A DNA stretch of 62,471 nucleotides, counting the filler. It is 3 parts of 3 records of this genome, joined end to end, with 100 filler letters (N's around TTAATTAATTAA, not from the genome) between each part and the next. Parts side by side here need not be neighbours in the genome. Positions count along the whole stretch, not along the records: positions 1 to 28,079 come from SRR31156797_6411; positions 28,180 to 47,154 come from SRR31156797_6438; 1 more part is not named here. One strand, given 5' to 3'. Under the pieces are notes generated by a model. That model saw nothing but the letters and a program-made list of their open reading frames with translations, ran no database searches and was not told where the DNA came from. The position numbers were made by a program, and so were the translations under genes. Positions 22,514-31,537 of this stretch are shown here, one piece after another; positions within the stretch are counted from its first letter, which is position 1, and every line of letters starts with the position of its first letter.

Positions 22514-23494
22514 TTAGAATGAAGCTTCAATACCGATGCCGTAGCCTAGCTCAGAATCTTCTGCATCGTTGTCACCAATCTCAACGTAAACGTTAGTATT
22601 TGGTGCTAGTGCGTAACCAACGTTTGCGAACCATTGGTTTAGATCGTCAAAGCCTGCCTTATCGTAATCTGTAGTTGCGTAACCAGCAGCAAATTTCCAT
22701 GCATCCATAGTGTAGTCAGCAGCGAAAGCAAACGTATCAGCATCTGACTTATCTGCAATAGTTTGGTCTGCGTATGAGTCACCGTAGTAGCCCAATTCTA
22801 GATTAACATTTTCAATACCAGCAAAACGAACTTCAAATGCATACAGTTGGTTTGTGTCAGTTGAAGCATCTGCATCGTTAGCAGATTCGCCGTAGTAAGC
22901 AGTAAAATCAAAATCAGCTACACGAACACCACCACGAACATCCCAGTTATGGTCACGAGAGAGGTCACCGTTAGTACCATGTGCGTTTTGGATGTAGCCA
23001 AGACCCAAGTAGTACATGCCTTTATCTAGGTCGTAACGAACTGCTTCGTTACCACCAGCTTCAAGATCACTAAAGTAAGTATCCATACCAAACAGTTCAT
23101 CGCTACCGATACCCATGTCATCTAGAGGAATATCAAGTTTACCGAATTTCAATGAACCAAAGTCAGCCGTGTAGAAACCTACGTAAGCGTTACCGCCTTT
23201 AACGCCGGTTGCATCGCCATTAGTTTCACCGTTGATAACATTGCCGTTATCAGCTTCGTAACCTACGTAACCACCAACAGAGAAACTGTCGTTCACTGCG
23301 TAGCGAGTATCGAAACCTAGGTCAGCGTCAGAAACGTTTAGTTTAAGGTTGTCATCTTTTGCAATATCTTTAACGTAACGGAACTCAAAGTCACCTTTAA
23401 GGTTAACTGTTACGCCATCTTGGTTGTAAACTTCGATAGCTTGTGCTGAACCAGCTGCTGCAAATACTGCTAGCGCTAATAGAGTCTTTTTCAT
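22514..23494 (-). CDS. ompT: Outer-membrane porin, OmpT-like
   Basis: MKKTLLALAV signal peptide, IEVYNQDG start, amphipathic beta strands, C-terminal Phe; divergent from dinG as recalled for V. cholerae ompT. Confidence 0.75.
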   Translation of the reverse strand: MKKTLLALAVFAAAGSAQAIEVYNQDGVTVNLKGDFEFRYVKDIAKDDNLKLNVSDADLGFDTRYAVNDSFSVGGYVGYEADNGNVINGETNGDATGVKGGNAYVGFYTADFGSLKFGKLDIPLDDMGIGSDELFGMDTYFSDLEAGGNEAVRYDLDKGMYYLGLGYIQNAHGTNGDLSRDHNWDVRGGVRVADFDFTAYYGESANDADASTDTNQLYAFEVRFAGIENVNLELGYYGDSYADQTIADKSDADTFAFAADYTMDAWKFAAGYATTDYDKAGFDDLNQWFANVGYALAPNTNVYVEIGDNDAEDSELGYGIGIEASF

Positions 23495-23608
23495 AGTAAT
23501 CCACTGCCTTTTCTTAAGATGGGAAATCCTTGTCCGGTTCCCTTTTTATTTTTGATGGTAGTGACTAACTCTTCGGTTAGTTCCTACCGCCACTAAATTT
23601 CGAGGTTT

Positions 23609-23637
23609 AGATTGCAAAAGAATATCCTGCGTGTCAA
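23609..23637 (-). promoter_or_regulatory. Candidate sigma70 promoter of the porin
   Basis: TTGACA-17 bp-CAATCT. Confidence 0.55.
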
Positions 23638-23656
23638 ATGTTCTAAAAACACCATA

Positions 23657-23681
23657 TAAAAATAAATAAAAACCTTTAAAA
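23657..23681. promoter_or_regulatory. ToxR-type TNAAA-N5-TNAAA direct repeats (three units)
   Basis: TAAAA-ATAAA-TAAAA-ACCTT-TAAAA, 10-bp period, just upstream of the -35. Confidence 0.5.
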
Positions 23682-24005
23682 ACAATAACTAAAACAAAAA
23701 AACGACTAAAAAACACTCAACCCACGGACGTGAAATTAACAAAAAGTAAATGTTATCATAATTGACGTTTTAGATTAATATTCTTAATAACGAGTTAAAT
23801 AAATCAAAGTATAGAGTTTTGTAAAAAAATAAGCCTAACCATGAAGTTTTATATTTTTTATTTTCCAAAAAAAATTTAAGTCCCTGAAGGTTCAGTTTTT
23901 TTTTGTGAAGGAGATCTATATTTCGTTTAAAAGGATGTAAAACCGTGAGCTACGTAGGATTTATAAAGTGTGCTAACATCCGCTTCCCAGCTCGCAGGTG
24001 ACGTT

Positions 24006-26081
24006 ATGCTTACAACAAAAATCCAACAATCTATTCGCAGTAGTTATCAGAACCTGCAAAATCAGCTCGATAATTTCATACCTCGCAGAGCGCAAAATTT
24101 TCTCGTTGCAGAGATTGCAAAAACATTATGTGGAAAATATCACAAGTCCACTCGCATGATGGTTGCCGAAGCAGGAACCGGAATTGGTAAGTCTTTAGCT
24201 TATCTAATGGGAGTGATACCGGTCGCGATTTCCAACAATCGTAAAGTCGTTATTTCTACTGCGACGGTCGCACTTCAAGAGCAGCTCATTCATAAAGATA
24301 TGCCGTTATATCGCCGAATTACTGATCAAACATTCTCGTTTATCATTGCCAAAGGTCGGCAACGCTACTGTTGTGCGGAAAAGCTGGCTTCAGCCAGCGG
24401 CGTAGACGGTGGGCAGATGGCGATGTTTGAATCTAAACCTAAAGCCGCGGATATCGAAATGCTGCAAGCCATGTATACCGCACTATCAAACGGTAAATGG
24501 GATGGCGACCGCGACTCATGGCCGAAAACCATCAAAGATGAACTGTGGAATATCATTGTCAGCGATAAACACAGCTGTAATGGGAGTTTCTCGGCTCATC
24601 GGCATTGTCCATTTCAGAAAGCCCGTTCAGAGCTAGATAAAGCAGATGTGATCATTGCTAACCACAGTCTAGTGATGGCTGATGCTGATTTAGGTGGCGG
24701 CGTAATACTTCCAGAGCCAGAAAACACCATTTACATTTTTGATGAAGCTCACCACTTACCGCATGTTGCCCGCGATCATGCTTCAGCGGCAACGTCTCTT
24801 AAAGGGGCTGCTGCTTGGTTAGAAAGTCTAAATCGAAATCTCGTTAAGTTTAGTAACCTTGCGGATCAAAAACGAGTCGGCCGGTTTGTTAATGAAGCGC
24901 AGTCGGCAATACAAGAACTTATACCGAGTTTAAGTAATCTGACTCAACAATTTGATCCTGCAGCGTTTGAAGAAAATATTTATCGTTTTGAGCACGGTGA
25001 GCTCCCGCAATGGTTCGAAGAAGAATCAAAACAGCTTAAACGTCAGAGCCAAAAGGCTAATCAGAGTGTCTCCAAAATTGCCGATTTAATTTCAGAAAGA
25101 GTCAAGGATGGAGAACTAGCACCTAGGTTAGCAGAGCCCGCTTTGGCAGAACTCGGCTTTTACATCCAAAGGCTAGAAAACCTATTCCAGGTATGGAACC
25201 TCATGGCCGAGCCTTCTAGAGACAAAGGTGCGCCTCTGGCTCGCTGGCTGCAAACGAATTCCGAGCGTGAAGGTGATTTCATTGTTAACGTGTCTCCTCT
25301 TGAGATCGGATGGCAACTTGATTCCAAAATATGGAGCCGCTGTATTGGTGCTGTGCTTGTTTCTGCGACCTTGCGTGCTTTAAACTCTTTCAGTTTTTTC
25401 TGTCGCCAAGCGGGGATTAGCGAAAAAAGTGATGATGGTGTTCAATTCCTCTCTTTGGCTTCACCATTCGACTACAAAGAACAAGCCGAACTGGTTATAC
25501 CGACAATGGAACTCGAACCACCGGCTAAGGATTTTACCCCTTATTTGGCAGATAAAGTAAAAGAGTACCTCGTCGCCGATCAAGCGAACTTAGTGTTGTT
25601 TGCGTCTTACTGGCAGATGAAAGAAGTGGCTGGAAACCTCTCACCTCTTATGGCTAAAAAAGGTTGGACTCTGCAAGTTCAAGGTGAAAAATCACGCGGA
25701 GAAATTCTAAAAAAACATAAAACGCTAGTGCAATGCGGTAAAACCAGTATTCTTTTTGGTACGGGTAGTTTTTCCGAAGGATTAGATTTACCAGGCGATC
25801 TACTGCAGAACTTAATTATTACTAAAATACCATTTGCCGTGCCGACCTCACCTGTTGAGCAAGCTCATGCTGAATACATTCAACATAAAGGTGGTAACCC
25901 GTTTCTGCAAATCGCTGTACCCGAAGCCAGTAAAAAGCTCATTCAATCCGTCGGACGCTTGCTGCGTAAAGAGCAGGATTCTGGTAGAGTCGTTATCCTT
26001 GACCGGAGAATCGTTTCTAAACGTTATGGAAAAGCACTTTTAGACTCGCTTCCACCGTTTAAACGAACCATTGAATACTAG
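24006..26081 (+). CDS. dinG: ATP-dependent DNA helicase DinG
   Basis: EAGTGIGKSLAYL, Fe-S Cys, FDEAHHL, QSVGRLLR. Confidence 0.96.
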   Translation: MLTTKIQQSIRSSYQNLQNQLDNFIPRRAQNFLVAEIAKTLCGKYHKSTRMMVAEAGTGIGKSLAYLMGVIPVAISNNRKVVISTATVALQEQLIHKDMPLYRRITDQTFSFIIAKGRQRYCCAEKLASASGVDGGQMAMFESKPKAADIEMLQAMYTALSNGKWDGDRDSWPKTIKDELWNIIVSDKHSCNGSFSAHRHCPFQKARSELDKADVIIANHSLVMADADLGGGVILPEPENTIYIFDEAHHLPHVARDHASAATSLKGAAAWLESLNRNLVKFSNLADQKRVGRFVNEAQSAIQELIPSLSNLTQQFDPAAFEENIYRFEHGELPQWFEEESKQLKRQSQKANQSVSKIADLISERVKDGELAPRLAEPALAELGFYIQRLENLFQVWNLMAEPSRDKGAPLARWLQTNSEREGDFIVNVSPLEIGWQLDSKIWSRCIGAVLVSATLRALNSFSFFCRQAGISEKSDDGVQFLSLASPFDYKEQAELVIPTMELEPPAKDFTPYLADKVKEYLVADQANLVLFASYWQMKEVAGNLSPLMAKKGWTLQVQGEKSRGEILKKHKTLVQCGKTSILFGTGSFSEGLDLPGDLLQNLIITKIPFAVPTSPVEQAHAEYIQHKGGNPFLQIAVPEASKKLIQSVGRLLRKEQDSGRVVILDRRIVSKRYGKALLDSLPPFKRTIEY

Positions 26082-26130
26082 GGTCTTCCCCTACAAAAAC
26101 AGATACACATAACTTAGGACCTAATTTTTG

Positions 26131-26910
26131 ATGGAATTAGTTGAGCCAACAATGTTGGTTGTATTGGCTCTTGTGGCTTTTCTTGCTGGCTTTATTGACG
26201 CCGTCGCCGGCGGCGGCGGTATGTTAACAGTACCTACTCTGCTTTCATTGGGCCTACCGCCGCATATTGCGCTAGGTACCAATAAACTAGCAGCAACTTT
26301 CGCCTCATCAACAGCGGCATTCACTTACTATCGTAAAAAGCTCTTCCAGCCTCAGTACTGGTTTAGAGCCTTTATCATGACGCTTATCGGTGCGACAGTT
26401 GGCACTCTGGTGGTTGACGCAATCAGCACAGAGTGGCTACAGAAAGTACTGCCGCTGATTATCTTGGCAGCTGCTGTCTATACGATTTGGCATAAAGCGC
26501 CGCAATCGATAGAAAGAGAGATGCCAGAGGGCTGTAAAAAATTCAACGCTAAACAGTACCTACAAGGTTTTGGTTTAGGCTTTTACGACGGACTAGCGGG
26601 TCCCGGCACAGGAGCGTTTTGGACCGTTAGTTCGATGGCGCTGTACCGCTTGAACATTTTGCTTGCCTCAGGTCTCGCCAAGGCTATGAACTTTACCAGT
26701 AACTTCACCTCACTAATTACGTTTGCCATTCTTGGCCATATCGATTGGGTACTAGGATTGACTATGGGGGTATGCTTGATGGCCGGAGCATTTGTTGGCG
26801 CGCATTCAGCAATTCGATTTGGTGCAAAGTTTATTCGTCCAGTGTTCGTTACCGTAGTCAGTGTTCTTGCGGCTAAGTTAGCTTATGAAGCATGGTTTAC
26901 AGCCCTATGA
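26131..26910 (+). CDS. TSUP/TauE-family (YfcA-like) permease
   Basis: AGFIDAVAGGGG, ALGTNKL, GFYDG..GPGTG. Confidence 0.9.
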   Translation: MELVEPTMLVVLALVAFLAGFIDAVAGGGGMLTVPTLLSLGLPPHIALGTNKLAATFASSTAAFTYYRKKLFQPQYWFRAFIMTLIGATVGTLVVDAISTEWLQKVLPLIILAAAVYTIWHKAPQSIEREMPEGCKKFNAKQYLQGFGLGFYDGLAGPGTGAFWTVSSMALYRLNILLASGLAKAMNFTSNFTSLITFAILGHIDWVLGLTMGVCLMAGAFVGAHSAIRFGAKFIRPVFVTVVSVLAAKLAYEAWFTAL

Positions 26911-27455
26911 AAGACTTATCTAAATTAACCTTGTTGCTCGAAGAACTTAAAACCAGTGCTGCGCGCGTCGACCGAACGCGTGGTGAGAACCATTTACCAC
27001 TATTTGACGATACCTTGTTTCACTGCCGGGCAAAGTTGCTAACACCCTGTGTTACCGAAGCCCAAAGCACTCTTGAATCGATACTAAGAGAACAAAAAGC
27101 TGACAAGCTCACTCAGGCGCGTGCTGAATATTTAACTGAACGTCTTCTGGCTCAAATTAGCGCTGTTCAACGTGAGATTTCAACTCAAGGTATTCGAAGT
27201 AACGAACCTAAACACAGCAGCTATTATCGCAAACCGATCAACGAACTTTATCAGGACTTGGCGCAACATCAGGACTGGGAAAGAAGATTAAGAATTTTGG
27301 TCAACGACAAAGAGCAGGCCGTTAACAATGCTCCGGGCTTTCAGAAGCAAGCTGCCCAACAAGCACTCTTGGTGGCAGAGCAAAGATTAAAAAGATGCCA
27401 AGAAGCCAAAACCAAAATTGAAAAGCAAATTACGTATAGAGAGAAACACCAGTAA
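26907..27455 (+). CDS. priC: Primosomal replication protein PriC
   Basis: LFD..LF.CR..LL.PCV.E, LAQHQDWERRL; ATGA overlap with the upstream gene. Confidence 0.85.
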   Translation: MKDLSKLTLLLEELKTSAARVDRTRGENHLPLFDDTLFHCRAKLLTPCVTEAQSTLESILREQKADKLTQARAEYLTERLLAQISAVQREISTQGIRSNEPKHSSYYRKPINELYQDLAQHQDWERRLRILVNDKEQAVNNAPGFQKQAAQQALLVAEQRLKRCQEAKTKIEKQITYREKHQ

Positions 27456-27611
27456 ATGAGCGACCAAAATACCCTAGAGAATGCACCAGAAGAGATCAAA
27501 CTCGCTGTTGATTTGATCTATCTATTGGAATCGAATGAAATTGAGCCTAAGGTTGCATTAGCTGCGCTCGAAATCGTAAAAAACGACCTCGAGCGCAAAC
27601 TTGAAAGTTAA
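27456..27611 (+). CDS. rsmS: RsmS/YbaM (DUF2496) small protein, 51 aa, absent from ORF track
   Basis: Hand translation [51 protein letters not shown]; follows priC. Confidence 0.9.
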   Translation: MSDQNTLENAPEEIKLAVDLIYLLESNEIEPKVALAALEIVKNDLERKLES

Positions 27612-28079
27612 GAGACTTTAAATTGATCAACTAAGGTCTGCTGTTGTTTAGACAAGGTGCTGATCTCTACCCCTACTGCCTCTGATTCACCCGCTTGTTC
27701 CAATATACGCGCACTCAAATCGCGAATATTAGCCACATTTTGATTCACCTCTGCCGAAACGGTTTGCTGCTCCTCAGCCGCTTTAACAATTTGTGAGTTC
27801 ATGTCACTGATAGCGGAAATAGCTTCGAAAATCTTACCAAGCTCCGTCACAGCTTGGTGAACATGGTCAGCCGTACCGTTCGCTAAGGTATTACCTTGTT
27901 GGATGGCGTCGACAACGTCGCGCGTCCCTTTTTCAACTTTATCGATAACTTCACGAATCTCACCCACAGAGTCTTGCGTTCTGCTCGCTAAGTTACGCAC
28001 TTCATCGGCGACCACTGCAAATCCTCTACCTTGTTCCCCAGCTCGGGCAGCCTCAATCGCTGCATTCAATGCTAACAAG
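27608..28079 (-). CDS. Methyl-accepting chemotaxis protein, C-terminal fragment (5' end lost at the contig break)
   Basis: [28 protein letters not shown]. Confidence 0.95.
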
Positions 28080-28179
28080 NNNNNNNNNNNNNNNNNNNNN
28101 NNNNNNNNNNNNNNNNNNNNNNNTTAATTAATTAANNNNNNNNNNNNNNNNNNNNNNNNNNNNNNNNNNNNNNNNNNNN
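28080..28179. other. Artificial contig-joining spacer
   Basis: 44 N + TTAATTAATTAA (stops in all six frames) + 44 N. Confidence 0.98.
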
Positions 28180-28350
28180 TCTTTTTGTCACATATGATTG
28201 TACAACCTATATATTAGAAAGTTAAACAGGAAATAGTACTTAAAATGCATAAAAAGGCATCTCCTGAACTCATTACAGTCATTACATGAATTTGGAATGT
28301 TGGATGAATGCAATAAATAACACTCAAAAATAAGATATTTTTAGACATAC

Positions 28351-28379
28351 AAAAAGCCCTTAATCATACTGTTAAGGGC
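28351..28379 (-). terminator. Intrinsic terminator after the carboxyltransferase gene
   Basis: GCCCTTAA-8 nt-TTAAGGGC with a minus-strand T5 tail. Confidence 0.8.
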
Positions 28380-28419
28380 ACTGAATAACTAATTTTGAGA
28401 GTTTGAGCCAAAATCGCTC

Positions 28420-29907
28420 TTAAAGAGGAATGTTACCATGTTTCTTATCTGGCATTGTAGTGACCTTTTTATTTCGTAAATTCCATAAGAATGCATACAA
28501 TGTATTTCTCGTTTCTTCAGGTCTAATAACTTCATCTACATAGCCTTCTCTTGCAGCAATTTCAGGAGATAAGAACTTATCATTGTACTGTTTTATTTTT
28601 TCATCTCTAAATTCGTCAATGTTTTTGATATTCCTCATCTGCCTAGCATACAATACATCTACAGCTCCCTGTGCTCCCATAACTGCTATTTCAGCAGTTG
28701 GCCATGCAAATACGAAATCTGCACCTAAGTGTTTGGAACACATTGCTATATATGCACCTCCGTAAGCTTTCCTCAGAAGCAAAGTTATTTTCGGAGTTGT
28801 TGCTCGTGAATAAGCATACAGAACCTTTGCTCCATGACGAATTATACCTTTAGTTTCTTCACTTGTCCCAGGCATATATCCTGGAACATCAACCAGTGTA
28901 ACAATAGGAATATCATATGCATCACAGTAGTTAATGAATCGTGCAATCTTGTCAGATGAGTCGCTATTCATTACGCCGCCCATAACTAAAGGCTGATTAG
29001 CAACTATACCTATATTGACACCAACAAGCTTCGCAAATCCAACTACAGCATTCATAGCAAAATCTTTCTGTACTTCTACAAAAGTATTCTTATCAAATAC
29101 TTCACCTATAATCTCCTTAATATCATAGGCTTTTGAGCTAGAGTCAGGAATAATTCCATTAACTTTGCTTTTACGTTTTAGTGTGTTCTTTTCTCTATTC
29201 TCATATACCTCTTCATCTTTGCTATGTGGTATAACATTAAGTAAGTCCTTTACCTGTCCAAAACACTCTTTCTCATTATTTGAGTAAAAATGTGCTACTC
29301 CGCTTGTTGTGGCGTGCATTTTTGCACCGCCTAATTGCTCTGCAGTTACGTCTTCACGCATAACAGCCTTGATTACCTTTGGTCCTGTAACAAACATTTT
29401 TGATACTTTATCAATTACAAATACAAAATCTGTCAAACCAGGTGAATAAACTGCACCGCCTGCACATGGACCTGCTATAATAGAAATTTGCGGAATGTAT
29501 CCTGATGCTCTGGTGTTTTGATAAAATATATCACCATAGCTTGCTAATGACTTTATGCCTTCCTGTATACGTGCACCACCGGAGTCGTTAATACCAATGC
29601 AAGGACATCTGTTTTCAATACACAGCTCTATCATTCGTGCAATCTTTTTGCCATGAGCATATCCCAGTGAGCCTCCCATAACAGTAAAGTCCTGTGCATA
29701 AATGCCCACTTGCCTTCCGTTAATCAATCCAAACCCTGTTATTACACCGTCATATGGTGTGTTTTTTTCCTGCATATTAAAATCATGACAGTCATGAGTA
29801 ACCTTTGAACCTATTTCCTGAAAGCTGCCTTTATCAGCTAAAGCTACTATTCTCTCATAAGCATGTAATTTCCCTTTATTATGCTGCATTTCATAATTGT
29901 ATTCCAT
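28420..29907 (-). CDS. Acyl-CoA carboxylase/decarboxylase carboxyltransferase subunit (PccB/MmdA-like)
   Basis: QDFTVMGGSLG, DSGGARIQEG, GPCAGGAVYSP, RKAYGGAY, KKHGNIPL. Confidence 0.93.
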   Translation of the reverse strand: MEYNYEMQHNKGKLHAYERIVALADKGSFQEIGSKVTHDCHDFNMQEKNTPYDGVITGFGLINGRQVGIYAQDFTVMGGSLGYAHGKKIARMIELCIENRCPCIGINDSGGARIQEGIKSLASYGDIFYQNTRASGYIPQISIIAGPCAGGAVYSPGLTDFVFVIDKVSKMFVTGPKVIKAVMREDVTAEQLGGAKMHATTSGVAHFYSNNEKECFGQVKDLLNVIPHSKDEEVYENREKNTLKRKSKVNGIIPDSSSKAYDIKEIIGEVFDKNTFVEVQKDFAMNAVVGFAKLVGVNIGIVANQPLVMGGVMNSDSSDKIARFINYCDAYDIPIVTLVDVPGYMPGTSEETKGIIRHGAKVLYAYSRATTPKITLLLRKAYGGAYIAMCSKHLGADFVFAWPTAEIAVMGAQGAVDVLYARQMRNIKNIDEFRDEKIKQYNDKFLSPEIAAREGYVDEVIRPEETRNTLYAFLWNLRNKKVTTMPDKKHGNIPL

Positions 29908-29930
29908 AAATATAACCTCAAATTAAGTTC

Positions 29931-29954
29931 CCTGCACTACATACATAGTGCAGG
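29931..29954 (-). other. Intercistronic hairpin between the ALDH and carboxyltransferase genes
   Basis: CCTGCACTA-CATACA-TAGTGCAGG; no clear U-tract. Confidence 0.6.
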
Positions 29955-29963
29955 ATAAAAATA

Positions 29964-31352
29964 TTAATCATTAATAATATCTCCAAACAATTCTTTATCA
30001 TCTGGAATAATTGGTTCAATTGGATATGAAACCCATGTAGTATTATAATAATGTTTAAGTGTAATATTCTCTGATGATATATTACCTCCCCATGTGCCAC
30101 ATCCAAGTGTCATAGTAAACGGCATTCCATTGCACCAGTCACCACTATTGGCATAGCATTGAGGCTGACGAATAATAACGCGACTGGTCTTTGTTTCTAG
30201 ACTCATCTGCATAATGTGTTCATCATTTACAGAGTGAATTCCACATGAATGTCCGCTGCCCATATGTCCTGTTATTTCATTCACTCTATTAATTGCATTG
30301 TCAAAACCTGAGTATTTATATACAGTAACCACTACTGATAATTTCTCATTTGAAAACAAGTAACCCTCACCAGCGCCGTCCTCTTTAACAATAAAGAAAG
30401 TCTTACCTTCTGGTAATGATATACCCGCCTCATTTGCAATAACTTCTGCAGGCTGCGCTACTATCTTTGCACTTAGTTTGTGCCCGTCTGGCCACATAGC
30501 GTTCATTAGCTTTTGCTTTTCATCAGCTGATACAACATATCCGCCCTCTTCCTGCAGGTTGCTCAATAGTCCTTCATAAATAGTTGCTTCTACAACTAAT
30601 GAGTTTTCTGATGAACAGCTTGTTGCCCAGTCAAAAGTCTTACTCAGCATAATTTTATGTGCAGCATCCTTGATATCAGCTGTTTCGTCTACAACTACAA
30701 CAGCATTACCCATGCCAACGCCATATGCAGGCTTTCCAGATGAGTAAGCTGCTTTTACAAGTGCATTACCACCTGTTGCGATAACCAAATCACTCTGTGC
30801 CATAACCTGACCGCTTATATCAAGTGTAGGTTCCTCAACTGTGATAATTAAGTCTTCTGGTGCACCGTAACGCTTCAATGTTTCACGCATAATATCAACA
30901 ATAAGTTTATTTGTCTTTTTAGTTCTTGGATGCGGTGAAAATATGATTGCATTCTTTGCCTTAATTGCATTCATAGCTTTAATTACAGGTGTAGCCTCCG
31001 GATTTGTACACGGTACTATTGCTCCAATAACTCCAATTGGTTTTGCTATTTTTTTAATACCTTTCGCTGGAATTTCCTCTATTACACCAACTGTCTTTTC
31101 ATCTTTAATATCACGAAGTACTCCACGGACTTTTTTATTAAGCTTACCAAGCTTTGATTCGTAATTTCCTAATCTTGATTCCTCATATGCAAGTTCAGCA
31201 ATCTTTACTGCATTATCCTCTTTTACTGTTTCCCATGCTATTGCTTTTACCAATGTATCAACCTGCTCCTGACTGTAATCTTCTATTGCAAGCTGTGCTT
31301 TTCTTGCTCTTTCCATAAGTGAGCCTACATACTCTGTTGCTGATAAATTCAT
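29964..31352 (-). CDS. CoA-acylating aldehyde dehydrogenase, SauS-like
   Basis: P.TNP, ATGG, GVGMGN, SKTFDWATSCSSENSLVV, EKLS, LGCGTWGGN. Confidence 0.85.
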   Translation of the reverse strand: MNLSATEYVGSLMERARKAQLAIEDYSQEQVDTLVKAIAWETVKEDNAVKIAELAYEESRLGNYESKLGKLNKKVRGVLRDIKDEKTVGVIEEIPAKGIKKIAKPIGVIGAIVPCTNPEATPVIKAMNAIKAKNAIIFSPHPRTKKTNKLIVDIMRETLKRYGAPEDLIITVEEPTLDISGQVMAQSDLVIATGGNALVKAAYSSGKPAYGVGMGNAVVVVDETADIKDAAHKIMLSKTFDWATSCSSENSLVVEATIYEGLLSNLQEEGGYVVSADEKQKLMNAMWPDGHKLSAKIVAQPAEVIANEAGISLPEGKTFFIVKEDGAGEGYLFSNEKLSVVVTVYKYSGFDNAINRVNEITGHMGSGHSCGIHSVNDEHIMQMSLETKTSRVIIRQPQCYANSGDWCNGMPFTMTLGCGTWGGNISSENITLKHYYNTTWVSYPIEPIIPDDKELFGDIIND

Positions 31353-31442
31353 TTAAAATCTCCTTCCTAAATTCATAAATGCTAGAATAATAACTTATTA
31401 TCAATTGTGTTCTGACCTGTGTTTACATGTGTAGTAATTTTT

Positions 31443-31480
31443 TGAACATATTCGGTGAATATGTTCAGTGAATATATTCA
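31443..31480. promoter_or_regulatory. Triple tandem palindromic operator array (TGAATATATTCA consensus x3, 13-bp period)
   Basis: TGAACATATTCG-G-TGAATATGTTCA-G-TGAATATATTCA. Confidence 0.85.
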
Positions 31481-31508
31481 TTGTATTCTTTTTTCATAAT
31501 TTTGTCAA
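31480..31508 (-). promoter_or_regulatory. sigmaA promoter for the ALDH-carboxyltransferase genes
   Basis: TTGACA-17 bp-TACAAT, abutting the operator array. Confidence 0.85.
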
Positions 31509-31537
31509 TATTGGTTTAGTATAATTATTGATTTTGT

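Noticed and set aside
28124-28135. TTAATTAATTAA palindrome (also at 47199-47210) as a biological repeat or att site
   Set aside because: Embedded symmetrically in N44 runs; a synthetic six-frame-stop linker.
26131-31352. Linking the TauE/TSUP sulfite-exporter-like gene to the SauS-like ALDH as a sulfonate pathway
   Set aside because: They lie on different contigs from different organisms, separated by an artificial spacer.
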